Notes: generated by a model not told the origin, from the sequence alone. DNA of 64,000 nucleotides from Nitrosopumilus sp. (GCA_965214775.1 OZ243974.1:2048001-2112000), one strand, 5' to 3'; counted from the first letter of the stretch, positions 10,215 through 21,272 are shown. Translations and numbers: made by a program.

Positions 10215-10712
10215 CGGCTTGTTCCATTTGATGACTTTGATTTTTGGTGTTCCTGGCATTTTTACACATGCCCCTTTGAGCGCTTTTTTAGCTGCCTCCA
10301 AGTGATCTTGGCCATTGACGTATAATTCCATAATGCATTGACCCTGAACAATTCTTGCCCCCAAGCTGACAGCCTTGCCCCATGATCTTCTCATCCCTTC
10401 TGAAATCCTGTCTGCACCTGCAGTTGCAATCTGCTTGTTTTCTCTAAGCAGATTGTGCGGATATACCCTTAATCTGGAATAATAGCCTGATTCGCCTGTA
10501 GTCTTTTCTAATGTCTTGTTTGCAGCCAGTCTTGTCGATTCAATTGCCATGTGCCTGATCTGGATCTTTTCATTGAGACACAACTGAACACAGTACTCAT
10601 AGGTGTCTCTTTTTCCTCCTTGGAATTTTGCAATCTTGATGTTTGGTTTGCCCTTGATGTACTCTTTTCTGGTAAACACTTGTCCGTTGCCTTCCCTGTA
10701 ATTGGCACCATG
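10206..10712 (-). CDS. rpl10e: 50S ribosomal protein L10e/uL16
   Basis: RLRVYPHNLLRENK..GADRISEGMRRSWGK signature. Confidence 0.97.
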   Translation of the reverse strand, partial: HGANYREGNGQVFTRKEYIKGKPNIKIAKFQGGKRDTYEYCVQLCLNEKIQIRHMAIESTRLAANKTLEKTTGESGYYSRLRVYPHNLLRENKQIATAGADRISEGMRRSWGKAVSLGARIVQGQCIMELYVNGQDHLEAAKKALKGACVKMPGTPKIKVIKWNKPSP

Positions 10713-10815
10713 CATGATATCCACAAACCAAAATGCCCATATTTTAACGGTTAGTCATGTATCGCATTCGTATTTTCCAATGCTTATATGGAAATCCCTT
10801 GGTTTTCACTTCAGA

Positions 10816-11367
10816 ATGGATGAGATTCTTCCGGTAAAGGGACAAATGGCATCAGGCCAGCAGGTGTTCATTTCTGATAGGGACATGGTTCATGACTTGG
10901 AACTCAAGGGTTTTGGGGAGACTGAAGATTCAAAACTGCTCTTAAAATCCTTTGAAACCTTGTATCTGCTTTACACAAAAAAACTTGTCCTGAAAAAGGG
11001 CAAGAGGCAGATTGACTTTGATTCCTACATGGGCGTTTGTCAGAAAAGTGATTCTGAAATTTTTACAAAATTTTTGATTTATCGAGATTTGAGAAACAGG
11101 GGGTATGTGGTCAAAGATGGGTTCGGATTTGGTTCGGACTTTCGTGTTTACGAGCGAGGACATTTTGGGCAAAAGGGTGCCAAATTCCTGATCTTTGGTC
11201 TTAATGAAGGACAACAAGAGAAAACGGGGCAAATGCAAAAAAAGATAGAAGAGATCACCCAAATGGGCAAGGAACCCATTGTTGCAGTGATTGAACGAAG
11301 GGGAGAAGTAATCTATTACAAAATCAACAGAATGAACTTTTATGAAAACAAAGCTGAATCTGGGTAG
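10816..11367 (+). CDS. endA: tRNA-intron (splicing) endonuclease subunit
   Basis: ETLYL and FLIYRDLRNRGYVVKDGFGFGSDFRVY motifs. Confidence 0.9.
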   Translation: MDEILPVKGQMASGQQVFISDRDMVHDLELKGFGETEDSKLLLKSFETLYLLYTKKLVLKKGKRQIDFDSYMGVCQKSDSEIFTKFLIYRDLRNRGYVVKDGFGFGSDFRVYERGHFGQKGAKFLIFGLNEGQQEKTGQMQKKIEEITQMGKEPIVAVIERRGEVIYYKINRMNFYENKAESG

Positions 11368-11368
11368 G

Positions 11369-12028
11369 CTACTCCTGTAATATCCACTCTGATGAGTATT
11401 TGAGAAGATTGTTGTTTTCAGCATACATGAAATCATAAACTTCGACATGCCTTGTTTTGTTGTCCCACAAATCCTCGAAATCTTTCATCTTCCTTTCGAC
11501 TCTGGATTTGTCGTTCCATGATGTAAACACGTCAACTGATTCAAAATCCCTTGTCTGAGTTGAAAATGACTCTCTTGACGTTCCGGTAAATGCCACTGCC
11601 TGATCTTGATCATCTCTGAAAATACCTATTCTTTCTGAAAATGAATCTGCAACTTGCTCGGAATTGGGGATTGCTATTTTCAACTCGACTTGCCCGTTAT
11701 CCACTATCTTTTGCAGTTTCTGAATCTTTGTGTCTTTGATAAATTTTCCATCAAACGTTTTGGTGTGTTTTTCTGAAAATAATTTTGCAAGCAGGTTGAG
11801 ATCAGACGTTCGAAACCTGTGGCCGGTAATCATTCTCAATCCTGCCTTTCCGCTGGCAAAATTATCAAACGCCATGGAAATCGTGGCCAGAGTCTGTATT
11901 GAGAGAAAATCCACGCATCTGTCATATTCGATGCAGTTGCTCAGACATGGGAAGAAAAACTCTGCAACAATGTCGTTTCTGTCTGAACGGTATTCTTCTT
12001 TCAGATTGACTTTACGTAAACCCAACAC
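11369..12028 (-). CDS. Stand-alone PLD-like domain related to the N-terminus of DEXD restriction helicases, with a degenerate catalytic motif
   Basis: YRSDRNDIVAEFF, YDRCVDF, IGIFRD..VAFTGT and FESVDVFTSW motifs. Confidence 0.7.
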   Translation of the reverse strand: MLGLRKVNLKEEYRSDRNDIVAEFFFPCLSNCIEYDRCVDFLSIQTLATISMAFDNFASGKAGLRMITGHRFRTSDLNLLAKLFSEKHTKTFDGKFIKDTKIQKLQKIVDNGQVELKIAIPNSEQVADSFSERIGIFRDDQDQAVAFTGTSRESFSTQTRDFESVDVFTSWNDKSRVERKMKDFEDLWDNKTRHVEVYDFMYAENNNLLKYSSEWILQE

Positions 12029-12430
12029 TGGTAAAAAACAAAATTGCTATTTAAAGAAACATTTTGGGATTTTTTTTGAGTCCTGCTACATTTTTCAAGT
12101 TAAGATAAAGTTACCTGTTTTTTCAATCTTCCCAGAAGTTCCCAGAAAAACGGCTCCACATTTGACACAATTCAGATTATGATGCCTGCAGATCCGCATG
12201 CAGCCGTCTGCACTATCATGAGTCAGTTACATCTGTGAAGGCTGTCTTTGACATTTCAAGTATGTTTGAAGCGCGGGATACCATGTCATCATCAGAGCAT
12301 GGTTGCAGAACATTGGCATCCATGCGAAAAGGATCTCAGGACAGATTGAGATTGCTGCTTTCTGCCTGATCTGACGCAGATGTGCTGGATTGGCTTTGTC
12401 ATTCGAGCCTGTTTGGAATTGAACCAAAGT

Positions 12431-12541
12431 CAGCCAAGTGAAAAGTAAATGAGATTTGTTGTTTTGTAATGATATTGAGGCATCGTGCCTCCTGCCCAAC
12501 TTCTGTTTTTACTTGATTTCTCAGTACTTTTCACTTGGCTG
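12431..12541. mobile_element. ISH3-type MITE (111 bp)
   Basis: TIRs CAGCCAAGTGAAAAGTA and TACTTTTCACTTGGCTG; 5-bp duplication AAAGT. Confidence 0.85.
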
Positions 12542-12751
12542 AAAGTTCAGAACAGTTTATGAATGCCGTCCTTGCAAGATTATTTGATTTTATTTGGCGA
12601 TTCAAAACAAGAGACTGCAACAGTTCATGGAAGAATTTGTATCAAGACTGGTCAAAGACTATCCTGATGAAATCGTCTCCTTTGTGTTGTTTGGTTCTGC
12701 AACAACCGGGGAGTGGGTTTGTGGCAAGTCTGACATTGACTGTATGGTAAT

Positions 12752-14333
12752 AGACTTTATGCGTAATCGACCGTGATTAAAAATTCCGTAGGCTTTTCCA
12801 AACGCAAATGCGCTGATCGGATCAAGTTACCGCATGCATCTCGTGTCATGACGCACGTAAAAGCCAGTTGCGCCAAAAGAACGTGCGCAACCATGCAGCA
12901 CGGCAATGTGCCCCTTTGACAAGTCAGAAAGAATGGCGGTCCGTACCGCCGTATGTCATGTGTCTGGCAGCAGATGCAGCTGCTGCAGCAGCTGGCCATA
13001 GTGTTTTTTCCTTTTCAGCATAGTCTTGAGGTTCTCAAGACCCGTGATTATCTGCATGAAATAGTTTAGATCCTTGGCAGTTCCGCCAAACGGCATGGTA
13101 AGAATGCCATATCTTTTGAGCCGTCCTATGTGGTGCTCCACCCTGACGCGAACCCTGCTTATCTGCCTGCGGCGCCTCTTTTGTGTTGCAGTAAGATCCC
13201 CGTCCCTGGGCTTCTTTGGGGGCTGCCTGTGTATGGCGCCCGGAAGCATCTTTTGAATGCCCTCAAATCCCAGGTCGCTGTAAATCACAAACGCCTCTTC
13301 CGGATCGTCTGCGTTTTTTGCATTCCTCATTGATCCGGTGTGCCTTCCAAAGTCCGGGCCGCCCCCTGCGTTCATCACGCCCTTGTCGTTGACGCTTCCG
13401 TCCACAGTCTTGCCGCAGTGCAGTATGAGGCCGTCCAGGTTCGAGGTAATTATCGTGTTGAACATGTGCCGCTTTTTTCTTCCCGAGTATCTGGTCTTTC
13501 TTGCGGTCCTGTCCCCGGGCCTGTCTACCGGAGTCAGGGTGCCGTCAATCAGGAGCGTCTTTTTTGGGATCAGCACCTCCTCCAGCTTGCCTGCCGGGGT
13601 CTTGCAGATGATGCTTGTTAGCTTTTCGGAGGCAGGCAGGAGCCGGCGCAGTAACACGGCACCGTACCGGAGGTACCTGGACATTGTGGACTGGTCGACG
13701 TCAAATGTCGCGGCCAGATGATGCTGCGTTGCCTTGGTCCTTATGCTCATGAGTACTGCAAGCAGCGCGTGCCTGATGTACAGCTTGCACCGGTTTCCGG
13801 CATCGCCGCCTCTTACGTCGTCCTCCCAGAACAGGGGTCTGTCCTCGTCGTCCATGACTTCTTCCGTAAAGCGCTCCAGTATGATCGTAAATGACTCCTT
13901 TGTGCATCCCGTGACGTTGCAAAGGCGCACCGGATCGCCGATTATGCCGTCTGCAACCTCGATTGCGTGCATCCGCAGAGGCGTCCCGCCGCGCACGACT
14001 CTTTTTGTCTTGTTTTCTTCGGACTGCCACAACGAGTCCTCAAACGCAAGCTGCTTCCTCATACGCTCGTTTTGCTTGGACATCTGTTTGTTTTGCTTGG
14101 ATACCTGCTCGTGTTGCTCGACTAGCATCTCGTGTTGCGCTTGTAACGCTTGAAATGCTTGGAGAGTCTTGTCATTTGAGCCCATACAGTTAGGGAATCA
14201 TACAGATCTTTAGGGTTGTTGGTGTGCAAATAATGATCTATTGTGTCGTATTTTTAGATCAGATGGGCCGATTACGCATAAAGTCTTTTGTGTCGTATTT
14301 TTAGATCAGATGGGCCGATTACGCATAAAGTCT
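12752..14333 (-). mobile_element. ISL2-like IS5 element (type 2), copy 1, with a duplicated 5' end
   Basis: TIR AGACTTTATGCGTAATCG; 3-bp duplication AAT; the end is repeated at 14241-14286 and 14288-14333. Confidence 0.92.
12956..14185 (-). CDS. ISL2-like transposase
   Basis: LIDGTL..DRP, YSGRKKRHMFN, DLGFEG and RVRVEHHIGRLK motifs. Confidence 0.92.
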   Translation of the reverse strand: MGSNDKTLQAFQALQAQHEMLVEQHEQVSKQNKQMSKQNERMRKQLAFEDSLWQSEENKTKRVVRGGTPLRMHAIEVADGIIGDPVRLCNVTGCTKESFTIILERFTEEVMDDEDRPLFWEDDVRGGDAGNRCKLYIRHALLAVLMSIRTKATQHHLAATFDVDQSTMSRYLRYGAVLLRRLLPASEKLTSIICKTPAGKLEEVLIPKKTLLIDGTLTPVDRPGDRTARKTRYSGRKKRHMFNTIITSNLDGLILHCGKTVDGSVNDKGVMNAGGGPDFGRHTGSMRNAKNADDPEEAFVIYSDLGFEGIQKMLPGAIHRQPPKKPRDGDLTATQKRRRRQISRVRVRVEHHIGRLKRYGILTMPFGGTAKDLNYFMQIITGLENLKTMLKRKKHYGQLLQQLHLLPDT

Positions 14334-15187
14334 AATAATAAAAAACAAAAAACTCTGCAAAGAAATCGAAAAACACCTGAGCAAACTCTTGCTTGAACTT
14401 GATGCAAAACACAGCCTAAAACTATCTGAAACGTGCACATCGTACAAAAAGACTGGCAACCCTGCATTGAATCTCATCTTCAGGACTGAAAGCAAAATGA
14501 TGTTTGGACAGCCGTTTTATGTGGTAGCTCAAGATCAGCTTGACCTGGGGGGATTCAAGATAAGAAAAGATCTCAAAATCGAAATCGGCACAAGAACCAT
14601 AGCGTCGCTTGGACTGTTTTTGCAGAGGATAAAGAGCACGGGAATCATCCTATATGGCAGAGACATTAGAAAGGAAATTCCAAAAACGGTTCCAGAGATT
14701 GAAAAAGTAAAGGCGTTATTTAACGCAATGCTTCTCCTGATGATGAGTTTTGTAATCTTTCCATACAGTCCAAAGTCTGCTTTTTTTCATGCGGTAAAGG
14801 CAAACTTTTGGGCATGCGATGACGTGCTTTTTGCATTAGACAGGCCCCTCTCAACAACTACACAAGAAATAGCGGAAATCTGCTTTCTTTTTAACAAGTC
14901 TGGGATTGATTCGGATCATCTGATGCGATCACTGGAATACAAGAAAGCCAATGATGACACGCCGATGAAGAAGGGGTTTGTCATACAATACATGCTAAAG
15001 AGCACAAAGTTTGTTTATGGGCTGTATGCGGCTGCCTTGAGAAAATTGTTCAAGTTGTAGTGGTGATCTGGATTGGAAAATGAAAACTAGAATTCAAACC
15101 TGTCAGCCAAACTATCATGTTGGATCCTTTTTGCGTTTCAATAATCTGGTTTGACACGTCTGATTTGGATATTGCATGACAATACGC

Positions 15188-15606
15188 GTATGAGACCGCC
15201 TATCACTGCTGGCCAAGTATGAAAATCATGACTGCATGTGGATTCACGCCTATCTGCCAAGTGGAGGTGGTCTCGTACGTACGAGTTTACCCCTCACCTG
15301 AGATACGATGTGGCAGGCGTGATCATGAAGGCTCCAGACACCAGTGACGCCTAAGGGGTAAACTCGTACGTCTCGTACAACCGAATAATCGTAACCGTAT
15401 GTGTCTCAACAAAATTCAGATGGTGCCAAAATAAATGGCAACGCAGACAAACAGACTGCCGCAAAAAAGAGGACACATGTGAAATCAAAGGCGGTGCAAC
15501 AGCAACAACTGCAGTATGTCAGCCTGGACGTGAACAAGGAGTTCATCTAGTTGTAGTGATGGACAAGAACGGCAAGGTGCTGAGGAACACAAGAATCAAC
15601 AACAAG
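15188..15606 (+). pseudogene. IS110-family remnant: non-coding leader plus degenerate transposase N-terminus
   Basis: QYVSLDVNKEF / VVMDKNGKVLRNTRINN resembles the IS110 RuvC N-terminus. The leader starts GTATGAGAC, as do the copies ending at 27133 and 30159. Confidence 0.6.
15279..15369. mobile_element. IS66-type MITE (91 bp)
   Basis: TIR GTACGAGTTTACCCCT; 9-bp duplication GTCTCGTAC. Confidence 0.9.
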
Positions 15607-15819
15607 AGACTTTATGCGTAATCGGTTCAGATCTGGGGTTATTACGAACGAATTGTAACAGGTTAGCCCCTGCCTAGAGTTGGAGTCACGTCCCTTGCCG
15701 GCCAGGCATGAAAGCCACCACTGCAGGCAGATTGTGCCTGACTGCTGCCTAGGCAGGGGCTATCCTATTGCAATTTGTTCGTAATAATCCTAGATCTGAA
15801 CCGATTACGCATAAAGTCT
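15607..15819. mobile_element. MITE of the ISL2 type-2 family with about 70-bp imperfect inverted arms
   Basis: AGACTTTATGCGTAATCGGTTCAGATCT... and its reverse complement at the other end. Confidence 0.9.
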
Positions 15820-15917
15820 AATGACGGCAGTGAGTCGGTTCGGGCTTTGCAGACCCTGATCATACATGAACGAACCTGCATCATATGGATGCCATGTGAA
15901 ATCCCATCGGCATCCCG

Positions 15918-16086
15918 GGAGTTGATCCGGAATTAAAAGCGTGCGAATCATTTCCCGGATTTTTCTACTGTGCATATGCCAGGTAACTCATAGGCAGTTT
16001 ATCATCTGCAGGCATCCTAATCGATTTGATGCAAGCAGGCTTGTTCATGCGTCACGACCCGAGTCTGCTGGTTTCGAATCAACTCT
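15918..16086. mobile_element. MITE of the ISL2 type-1 family
   Basis: Ends GGAGTTGATCCGGAATT and GTTTCGAATCAACTCT; CCG duplication. Confidence 0.75.
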
Positions 16087-16167
16087 CCGGCAAACGTGGT
16101 TTTCATATGACACGGTAATGATTGGCCGTAATGGCAAATTTTTATTGAGTGCAATCTACAAGACTGT

Positions 16168-16653
16168 ATGGGGCGCGGACTATTCCTGGATCGTGACGGC
16201 GTATTGAATTTTAAGGCCGAGTCCTACGTGACAGGAGCAGATGAGCTGGTATTGCTTCCGGATGTGGGAAAGCACTTGAGGAAATTTCAGGAATGCGGCT
16301 TTCAGCTGTTTGTGATTACCAACCAGTCTGCAATAAATCGAGGACTGCTAAGCCGTGAGACCCTGAATGAGATCCACCAAAAACTGCTACGCCAGTTATC
16401 CGCAGATGGCGTTACTGTAAAAAAAATCTACTACTACCCGCACAGACCAGAAGAAAAGTGCGCATGCCGCAAACCGAAAAATGCATTATTTGAAAAGGCC
16501 CTAAGGGATAACAGTCTTGATCCTTCACAGTCTTGGATGATAGGGGATTCAGACTCCGATATCGAAACTGCAATCGCTTCCGGCATAAATCCATTTAAAA
16601 TAAAAACCAATTCTTCCCTGCTGGCCTGTGCTGAGAAGATATTAAATGGCTGA
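16168..16653 (+). CDS. gmhB: HAD-IIIA phosphatase (GmhB/HisB-N-like, sugar bisphosphate phosphatase)
   Basis: FLDRDGVLN, ITNQS, CACRKP and MIGDSDSD motifs. Confidence 0.85.
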   Translation: MGRGLFLDRDGVLNFKAESYVTGADELVLLPDVGKHLRKFQECGFQLFVITNQSAINRGLLSRETLNEIHQKLLRQLSADGVTVKKIYYYPHRPEEKCACRKPKNALFEKALRDNSLDPSQSWMIGDSDSDIETAIASGINPFKIKTNSSLLACAEKILNG

Positions 16654-16823
16654 AATTGTTTGTTTTGAGCCCCAAATACGAGATCACTGCCTGCCGTTTT
16701 TTCTTTAATAAAAGAACCGGGAGGTTATGCAGTACTGGGATCCAAAGTAGTTTGCCCACCTTCTTCACTTGTTGGCATTGCGTCCCCCTGCTGAGAGGTG
16801 ATCCGAAATTGGAAGCCGTACGA

Positions 16824-18173
16824 CAGTAGACGGAAATGTACCCCCTTTAAATACGTCTGACAGACGACAGCGTAAAAAAATCTACCAAAAATGTAAACAA
16901 ATCTAGATCACACAGATCAACTGTAAGGCGCCCCTACCCGCTATAGTGATTGGACAAAATAGCGGGCAAAAGCACCGCATCAACATGGGCAACAGGGTGC
17001 TTAATACCTTGGCAAACATCATAGGCGGCGGGGGCGAGATCAAGTTCTCCAAGCAGCATAACGCGCTATACGGACTGTCACAGTTTGTGATGATCCTGGC
17101 ATCCATGTGCAAATCAGGCCAGACTGCAACAGAGAGCGTGATAGAGTTTGAAGACAGCGAGAACCTGCCCACTGCCAGGTGGTTTCACGGAATGGTCCGA
17201 ACCGCAGGCCTTGACGGAATAAGACAGATTTGCGATGACCTGATGGATATTGCAATCAAGGCCGCCAAAAAGGGCGGCATTCACAGTAACGGCCCCGTCA
17301 TGATTGCAATAGACAAGCACGAGATACCGCGGTATGACAAGGACAACATGAAGTATCTGATAAGATCAAAGCCCAAAAAGGGAACAAGCAAGTTCGAGGC
17401 GTATGCGACCATGCAGGCAGTCGACTCTCCTGTCAATGCCACGCTCGGATGCATTCCGCTCACAAGGGAGGACTTTGACGCCGATTTCGTGCGTAAATTT
17501 GTGAATATTCTCAGGAAATCAAACATAATGTACCGGCTCTTTCTGCTGGATCGGGAGTTCTACTCAGTTGACATAATGACAGAGATGTATCGTGCAGGAA
17601 AAAAGTTCCTGATGCCTGCAATCAAGAATGCCACAGTAAAGAATGCAATAGAGGCGGCACACGCAGCAGGCAAGACCAAGGGGAGCTGCGTGTCTGATTT
17701 TACCATTACAAACCGCAAAGGCAAGACCGCATCATTTAACCTGGTCATCGTGCCGTCTGCCATGCACGGGCAGGAGGGCAAGACAGTAGTGGAACAGTAC
17801 GTGGCATTTGCCACCAACCTCCCGTTCTCCAACGCACTGCACGAGATCGATACTGCCTCACCGGACTACCGGAAGAGGTGGGGCATAGAGACAGGATACA
17901 GGCAGATAGAGCAGATACGGGCCAAGACCATAAGCAGGAACCAGGACATCAGACTGCTTGTATTTTTTGTGTCTGTCTTTGTGTACAACATGTGGGCCAT
18001 CGAGCGCAACAGGGACGACATATGGTGTGCGAGAAGGGATCTTACGTTATTGCGGGTTTCATGCGCGCTTCTCATGGCTGCTAGAAGGAATCTTGCAGAA
18101 TACGGGTTTGCCGGCCCGCCACTGCCGCCGTAGGGTCGAGGTGGCCTTTGGGGGGTTACATTTCCGTCTACTG
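16824..18173 (+). mobile_element. ISH3-family element A, inserted in an ISL2 type-1 derivative whose TIR is at 16794
   Basis: TIRs CAGTAGACGGAAATGTA and TACATTTCCGTCTACTG; no clear target duplication. Confidence 0.85.
16946..18133 (+). CDS. ISH3-family transposase
   Basis: AIDKHEIPRY, GTSKFEAYAT, LLDREFYS and YRKRWGIETGYR motifs. Confidence 0.9.
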   Translation: MIGQNSGQKHRINMGNRVLNTLANIIGGGGEIKFSKQHNALYGLSQFVMILASMCKSGQTATESVIEFEDSENLPTARWFHGMVRTAGLDGIRQICDDLMDIAIKAAKKGGIHSNGPVMIAIDKHEIPRYDKDNMKYLIRSKPKKGTSKFEAYATMQAVDSPVNATLGCIPLTREDFDADFVRKFVNILRKSNIMYRLFLLDREFYSVDIMTEMYRAGKKFLMPAIKNATVKNAIEAAHAAGKTKGSCVSDFTITNRKGKTASFNLVIVPSAMHGQEGKTVVEQYVAFATNLPFSNALHEIDTASPDYRKRWGIETGYRQIEQIRAKTISRNQDIRLLVFFVSVFVYNMWAIERNRDDIWCARRDLTLLRVSCALLMAARRNLAEYGFAGPPLPP

Positions 18174-18389
18174 GATAAGGGGGCGAACTACTTTTCGAAT
18201 CCCACACAATCTGCAGGTGTTTTAATCGATTTAATGCAAGTTTGCTTATGCATGAGCTTTTGCGATCCTCAAGTCAGACAGAGATGACGGAGCAGCAGGA
18301 AGGGGCCATGACGGTCTTTTTGCGGGCACTTGTGCAGGCGCTAGAGGACGGTTCGATCATCTGCAGGCACCGCCTGCGGTTCCAGTCGG

Positions 18390-19571
18390 TCAGTCAGGGG
18401 ATGATTTGGGGGGGGGGGGCTCGGGGTGGGCGGAGGCGTGCTGTGCACGGACGCCGCCTTCCGTGAAGTCCGGATGCCCTTCCTTACCGCATACATCCCT
18501 TATGCACCGGCCCAGCTGCCTGCCTGCCTGATCAATCGACAGCCTTTCAATATAGTGCCGCCTCCCCTGCATGGCCACGCGCCTCCTGAGGACGTCGTCG
18601 TCCCTCAGCTGCAGGATGCACCGGGCCAGCTCCTCAGGCGAGTCGGACTGTACCAGCATGCAGTTTTTCTTGTCTGCCAGGCCGGCCTCGCGTGTCGCGG
18701 GCGTGCTTATTGTAATCAGGGGCTTGGCCGATGACAGGGTCTGGTTGATCTTGTTTAACATGGATCCCTTGCATTTGTCGCTTGTGCCAAACACCCCCAG
18801 ACACGCGTCGCTGTCCTTTATCTGCTGTGCAAGTGACAGAGCCGGAAGCATTCCACGAAATCTTATGTTAGAAAGGCCGGCCTCCTCGGCGTACCGCCTC
18901 ACTACTGGCTCGTCCTGGCCGCTGCCGCAGAAGACAAACGTTATGTCCTTTTCACCACGCAGGCGGTCGGCCGCCTCCGTTATGACCTTGGTGCCGTATG
19001 TGGGAATGAACGTTCCAAAATACAGCACGACGAACTCGTCCGTCCTCTCCTTGAACGGAAGCGGTGCAAAAAGCGGCTCGTATGCGGCAGGCCAGAGCCG
19101 GCGGAACCTTTCCCTCGGTAGGCCGTACTCCCTGACAAAGTAGTCGATCTGAAAGGTGCTCTCCGTTATTGCCAGATCCGCCCATCTGCAGGCGGTTCTT
19201 TCTGCAAAGTGGGCGAACTTGGCCCTCAGCGAGTTTTTGGGTAAGTTATAGGCATCTGTCAGCGAGGCGTAGATTGGGATTGGGGTAAAATAGATTATGG
19301 GCCCCCTGTGAACCAACCTGGCAAGGGGAAGTGTGATTATTCCGCGCCACGGGATTATCATAACGTCATAGCTGATCCTTCTGTGCTTTAGAAACAGCCG
19401 GATGTACGCCTTGATGGCCGAGCCGTAGGAATGACAGTCCTCGTGGCATTCCACGGTTTCAAAGCCCTGCGACTCGCAGATTACCTTTAGCAGTTCCCCA
19501 CTGCTGTTAGACGGAATACCGTTAGTCGATCTGGCGTAGGAGCCAAAAAGACACACCCTCATGGAATGCAA
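18390..19571 (-). CDS. GT4 glycosyltransferase
   Basis: RVCLFGSY, VLYFGTFIPTYG and KPLIT motifs; GT-B layout. Confidence 0.85.
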   Translation of the reverse strand: MHSMRVCLFGSYARSTNGIPSNSSGELLKVICESQGFETVECHEDCHSYGSAIKAYIRLFLKHRRISYDVMIIPWRGIITLPLARLVHRGPIIYFTPIPIYASLTDAYNLPKNSLRAKFAHFAERTACRWADLAITESTFQIDYFVREYGLPRERFRRLWPAAYEPLFAPLPFKERTDEFVVLYFGTFIPTYGTKVITEAADRLRGEKDITFVFCGSGQDEPVVRRYAEEAGLSNIRFRGMLPALSLAQQIKDSDACLGVFGTSDKCKGSMLNKINQTLSSAKPLITISTPATREAGLADKKNCMLVQSDSPEELARCILQLRDDDVLRRRVAMQGRRHYIERLSIDQAGRQLGRCIRDVCGKEGHPDFTEGGVRAQHASAHPEPPPPKSSPD

Positions 19572-19672
19572 GGTACGGGCTGATCATAATAGTCTTTCCA
19601 GCAACAGCTCGGACTCGAAGCCATTCCTGATTTTAGTCGTGAATTTGCCGCCTCGTAAACTCGGCAGCAGCC

Positions 19673-21224
19673 GTAAGAGTTTACCCCTTACCTATTTGGT
19701 GAATTCTTTCTGACCACCCGATCTATAAGATAGTAGTACCTAGGAAAATGCATGTCATCAGGCTCGGAGGTCAAGATACTGCGCGACGAGATTGCATGTC
19801 TCATAGCCGAGTGCGGAAAGAATGAGAAAACCATCGCCGATCTGCAGCAGGTAGTAGTCAAAGATGCCACAGAGAAGGCCGAGCTTGCAACACAGGTCGT
19901 GCTGCTGACGGCAGAAAACCAGCAGCTCAAACAGCACATCAAATATTACGAGAACCCGCACACCCCATCCTCGCAGAACTCGATTCCGACCAGGCAGCAA
20001 AAGGCAGCTGCGGCAAAGGCATCAGGCAACGTACCGGCATCTGCAAAGGCAAAACCGGGCCGCAAACCGGGACACGAGGGAGTATCACACAAGAGAAAGC
20101 CGACTGAGTTTGTAAAGCACTGCCCCAAAAAGTGCGACAAGTGCAACAGCACCAACATGAAGAAGCCCGAAAAGTTGTTCTCAAAGACCGTGACTGAGAT
20201 CCCCAAGAAGCCCAAACCGGTCACGACAGAGCACACCGCATACAAACGCGAATGCGCCGACTGCGGCCACGTGTCAATCGAGGATGACAGGGACTGGAAC
20301 GTGCAGGGAACCGAGTTTGGACCAAACATTACGGGGATGATAACCTCAATGCACATGGCACCTGTCTCCATACAGGCCACGGCCACAATGTGCTCAGAAA
20401 TCCTGGACATGGATGTCTCAGAGGCAGGCGTGTTGCAGTGCCTGAGGGCCTGCACCAAGGCAATAAAACCCAGCGTAGAGGGCATCAAGCAGGCCATCCG
20501 GGATTCTGATTATCTGCATATTGACGAGACTGCCATGCCATACAACGGCAGGACGGCCCGCATATGGGTAATAGTGGGCAAGAACAAGGACGGCTCCACG
20601 ACCGGCGTCCACACGCTGGCCGCACCCAGCAGGGCCAGGGTCGTAGTGGATACGAACTTTCCGTATTATGATAAACCAGTTACAGTTGATGGGTACGGCG
20701 TATATGTCGTATTCAAGATCAGGCAGTGGTGCTGGGCACACATACTCCGGGAGGCCAAGGACGCCGGCAAGACTTCCCGGCAGGCCCACGCGCTGTATGA
20801 TGCCCTCAAGAAAAAATTTCTTTTTGCCAAGGGGCTGGGGCCACCACCACCACCGGAGGAGAAGAAGAACGGTGTCAGGCAGCAACAACACGACATGCTG
20901 GTAGTCGAGACACGCGCGCTGGCCGTAGCATTCAGGGAGGCAGGTTGCAAAAAATTTGCCACAAAGCTTGAGAATGCCTCAGAATACCTGTACACGTTCG
21001 TGCTGTATCCGGGCATGGAGCCCACCAACAACCTGGCCGAGCGCATGCTGAGGCCGTCCGTAATTGCGCGCAAGATATTCCAGGGACTCCGTACCATGGA
21101 GGGCATGGAGATGTTCACCGTACTGATGACGTGTACGATGAACTGGCGCGCCCAAGGGTGTAACGTGAGTGAGATGGTCGCCAAGACCCTGACTGGAAAC
21201 GTCGCCTGAGGGGTAAACTCTTAC
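19673..21224 (+). mobile_element. IS66-family element (single-ORF, ISBst12-like), copy 1
   Basis: TIR GTAAGAGTTTACCCCT at both ends. Confidence 0.92.
19752..21209 (+). CDS. IS66 transposase (TnpC-like)
   Basis: Leucine zipper, KPGRKPGHEG, zinc finger, HIDET, DGY, CWAHILR and PTNNLAERMLR motifs. Confidence 0.93.
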   Translation: MSSGSEVKILRDEIACLIAECGKNEKTIADLQQVVVKDATEKAELATQVVLLTAENQQLKQHIKYYENPHTPSSQNSIPTRQQKAAAAKASGNVPASAKAKPGRKPGHEGVSHKRKPTEFVKHCPKKCDKCNSTNMKKPEKLFSKTVTEIPKKPKPVTTEHTAYKRECADCGHVSIEDDRDWNVQGTEFGPNITGMITSMHMAPVSIQATATMCSEILDMDVSEAGVLQCLRACTKAIKPSVEGIKQAIRDSDYLHIDETAMPYNGRTARIWVIVGKNKDGSTTGVHTLAAPSRARVVVDTNFPYYDKPVTVDGYGVYVVFKIRQWCWAHILREAKDAGKTSRQAHALYDALKKKFLFAKGLGPPPPPEEKKNGVRQQQHDMLVVETRALAVAFREAGCKKFATKLENASEYLYTFVLYPGMEPTNNLAERMLRPSVIARKIFQGLRTMEGMEMFTVLMTCTMNWRAQGCNVSEMVAKTLTGNVA

Positions 21225-21272
21225 CCTGAATCAACTCGAAATACATTTAACGCCGTCCACCCTACGTGCCGT

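Larger units (their letters stand above)
12594..15060 (+). pseudogene. Nucleotidyltransferase-domain protein split by an IS
   Basis: FGSATTGEWVCGKSDID (GSx10DxD). Removing 12752-14336 rejoins the gene in frame (CMVI|IKNKK...). Confidence 0.85.

Noticed and set aside
18408-18419. G12 run as a phase-variation site in the GT4 gene
   Set aside because: It lies in the last 10 codons or so and would alter only a disordered tail.
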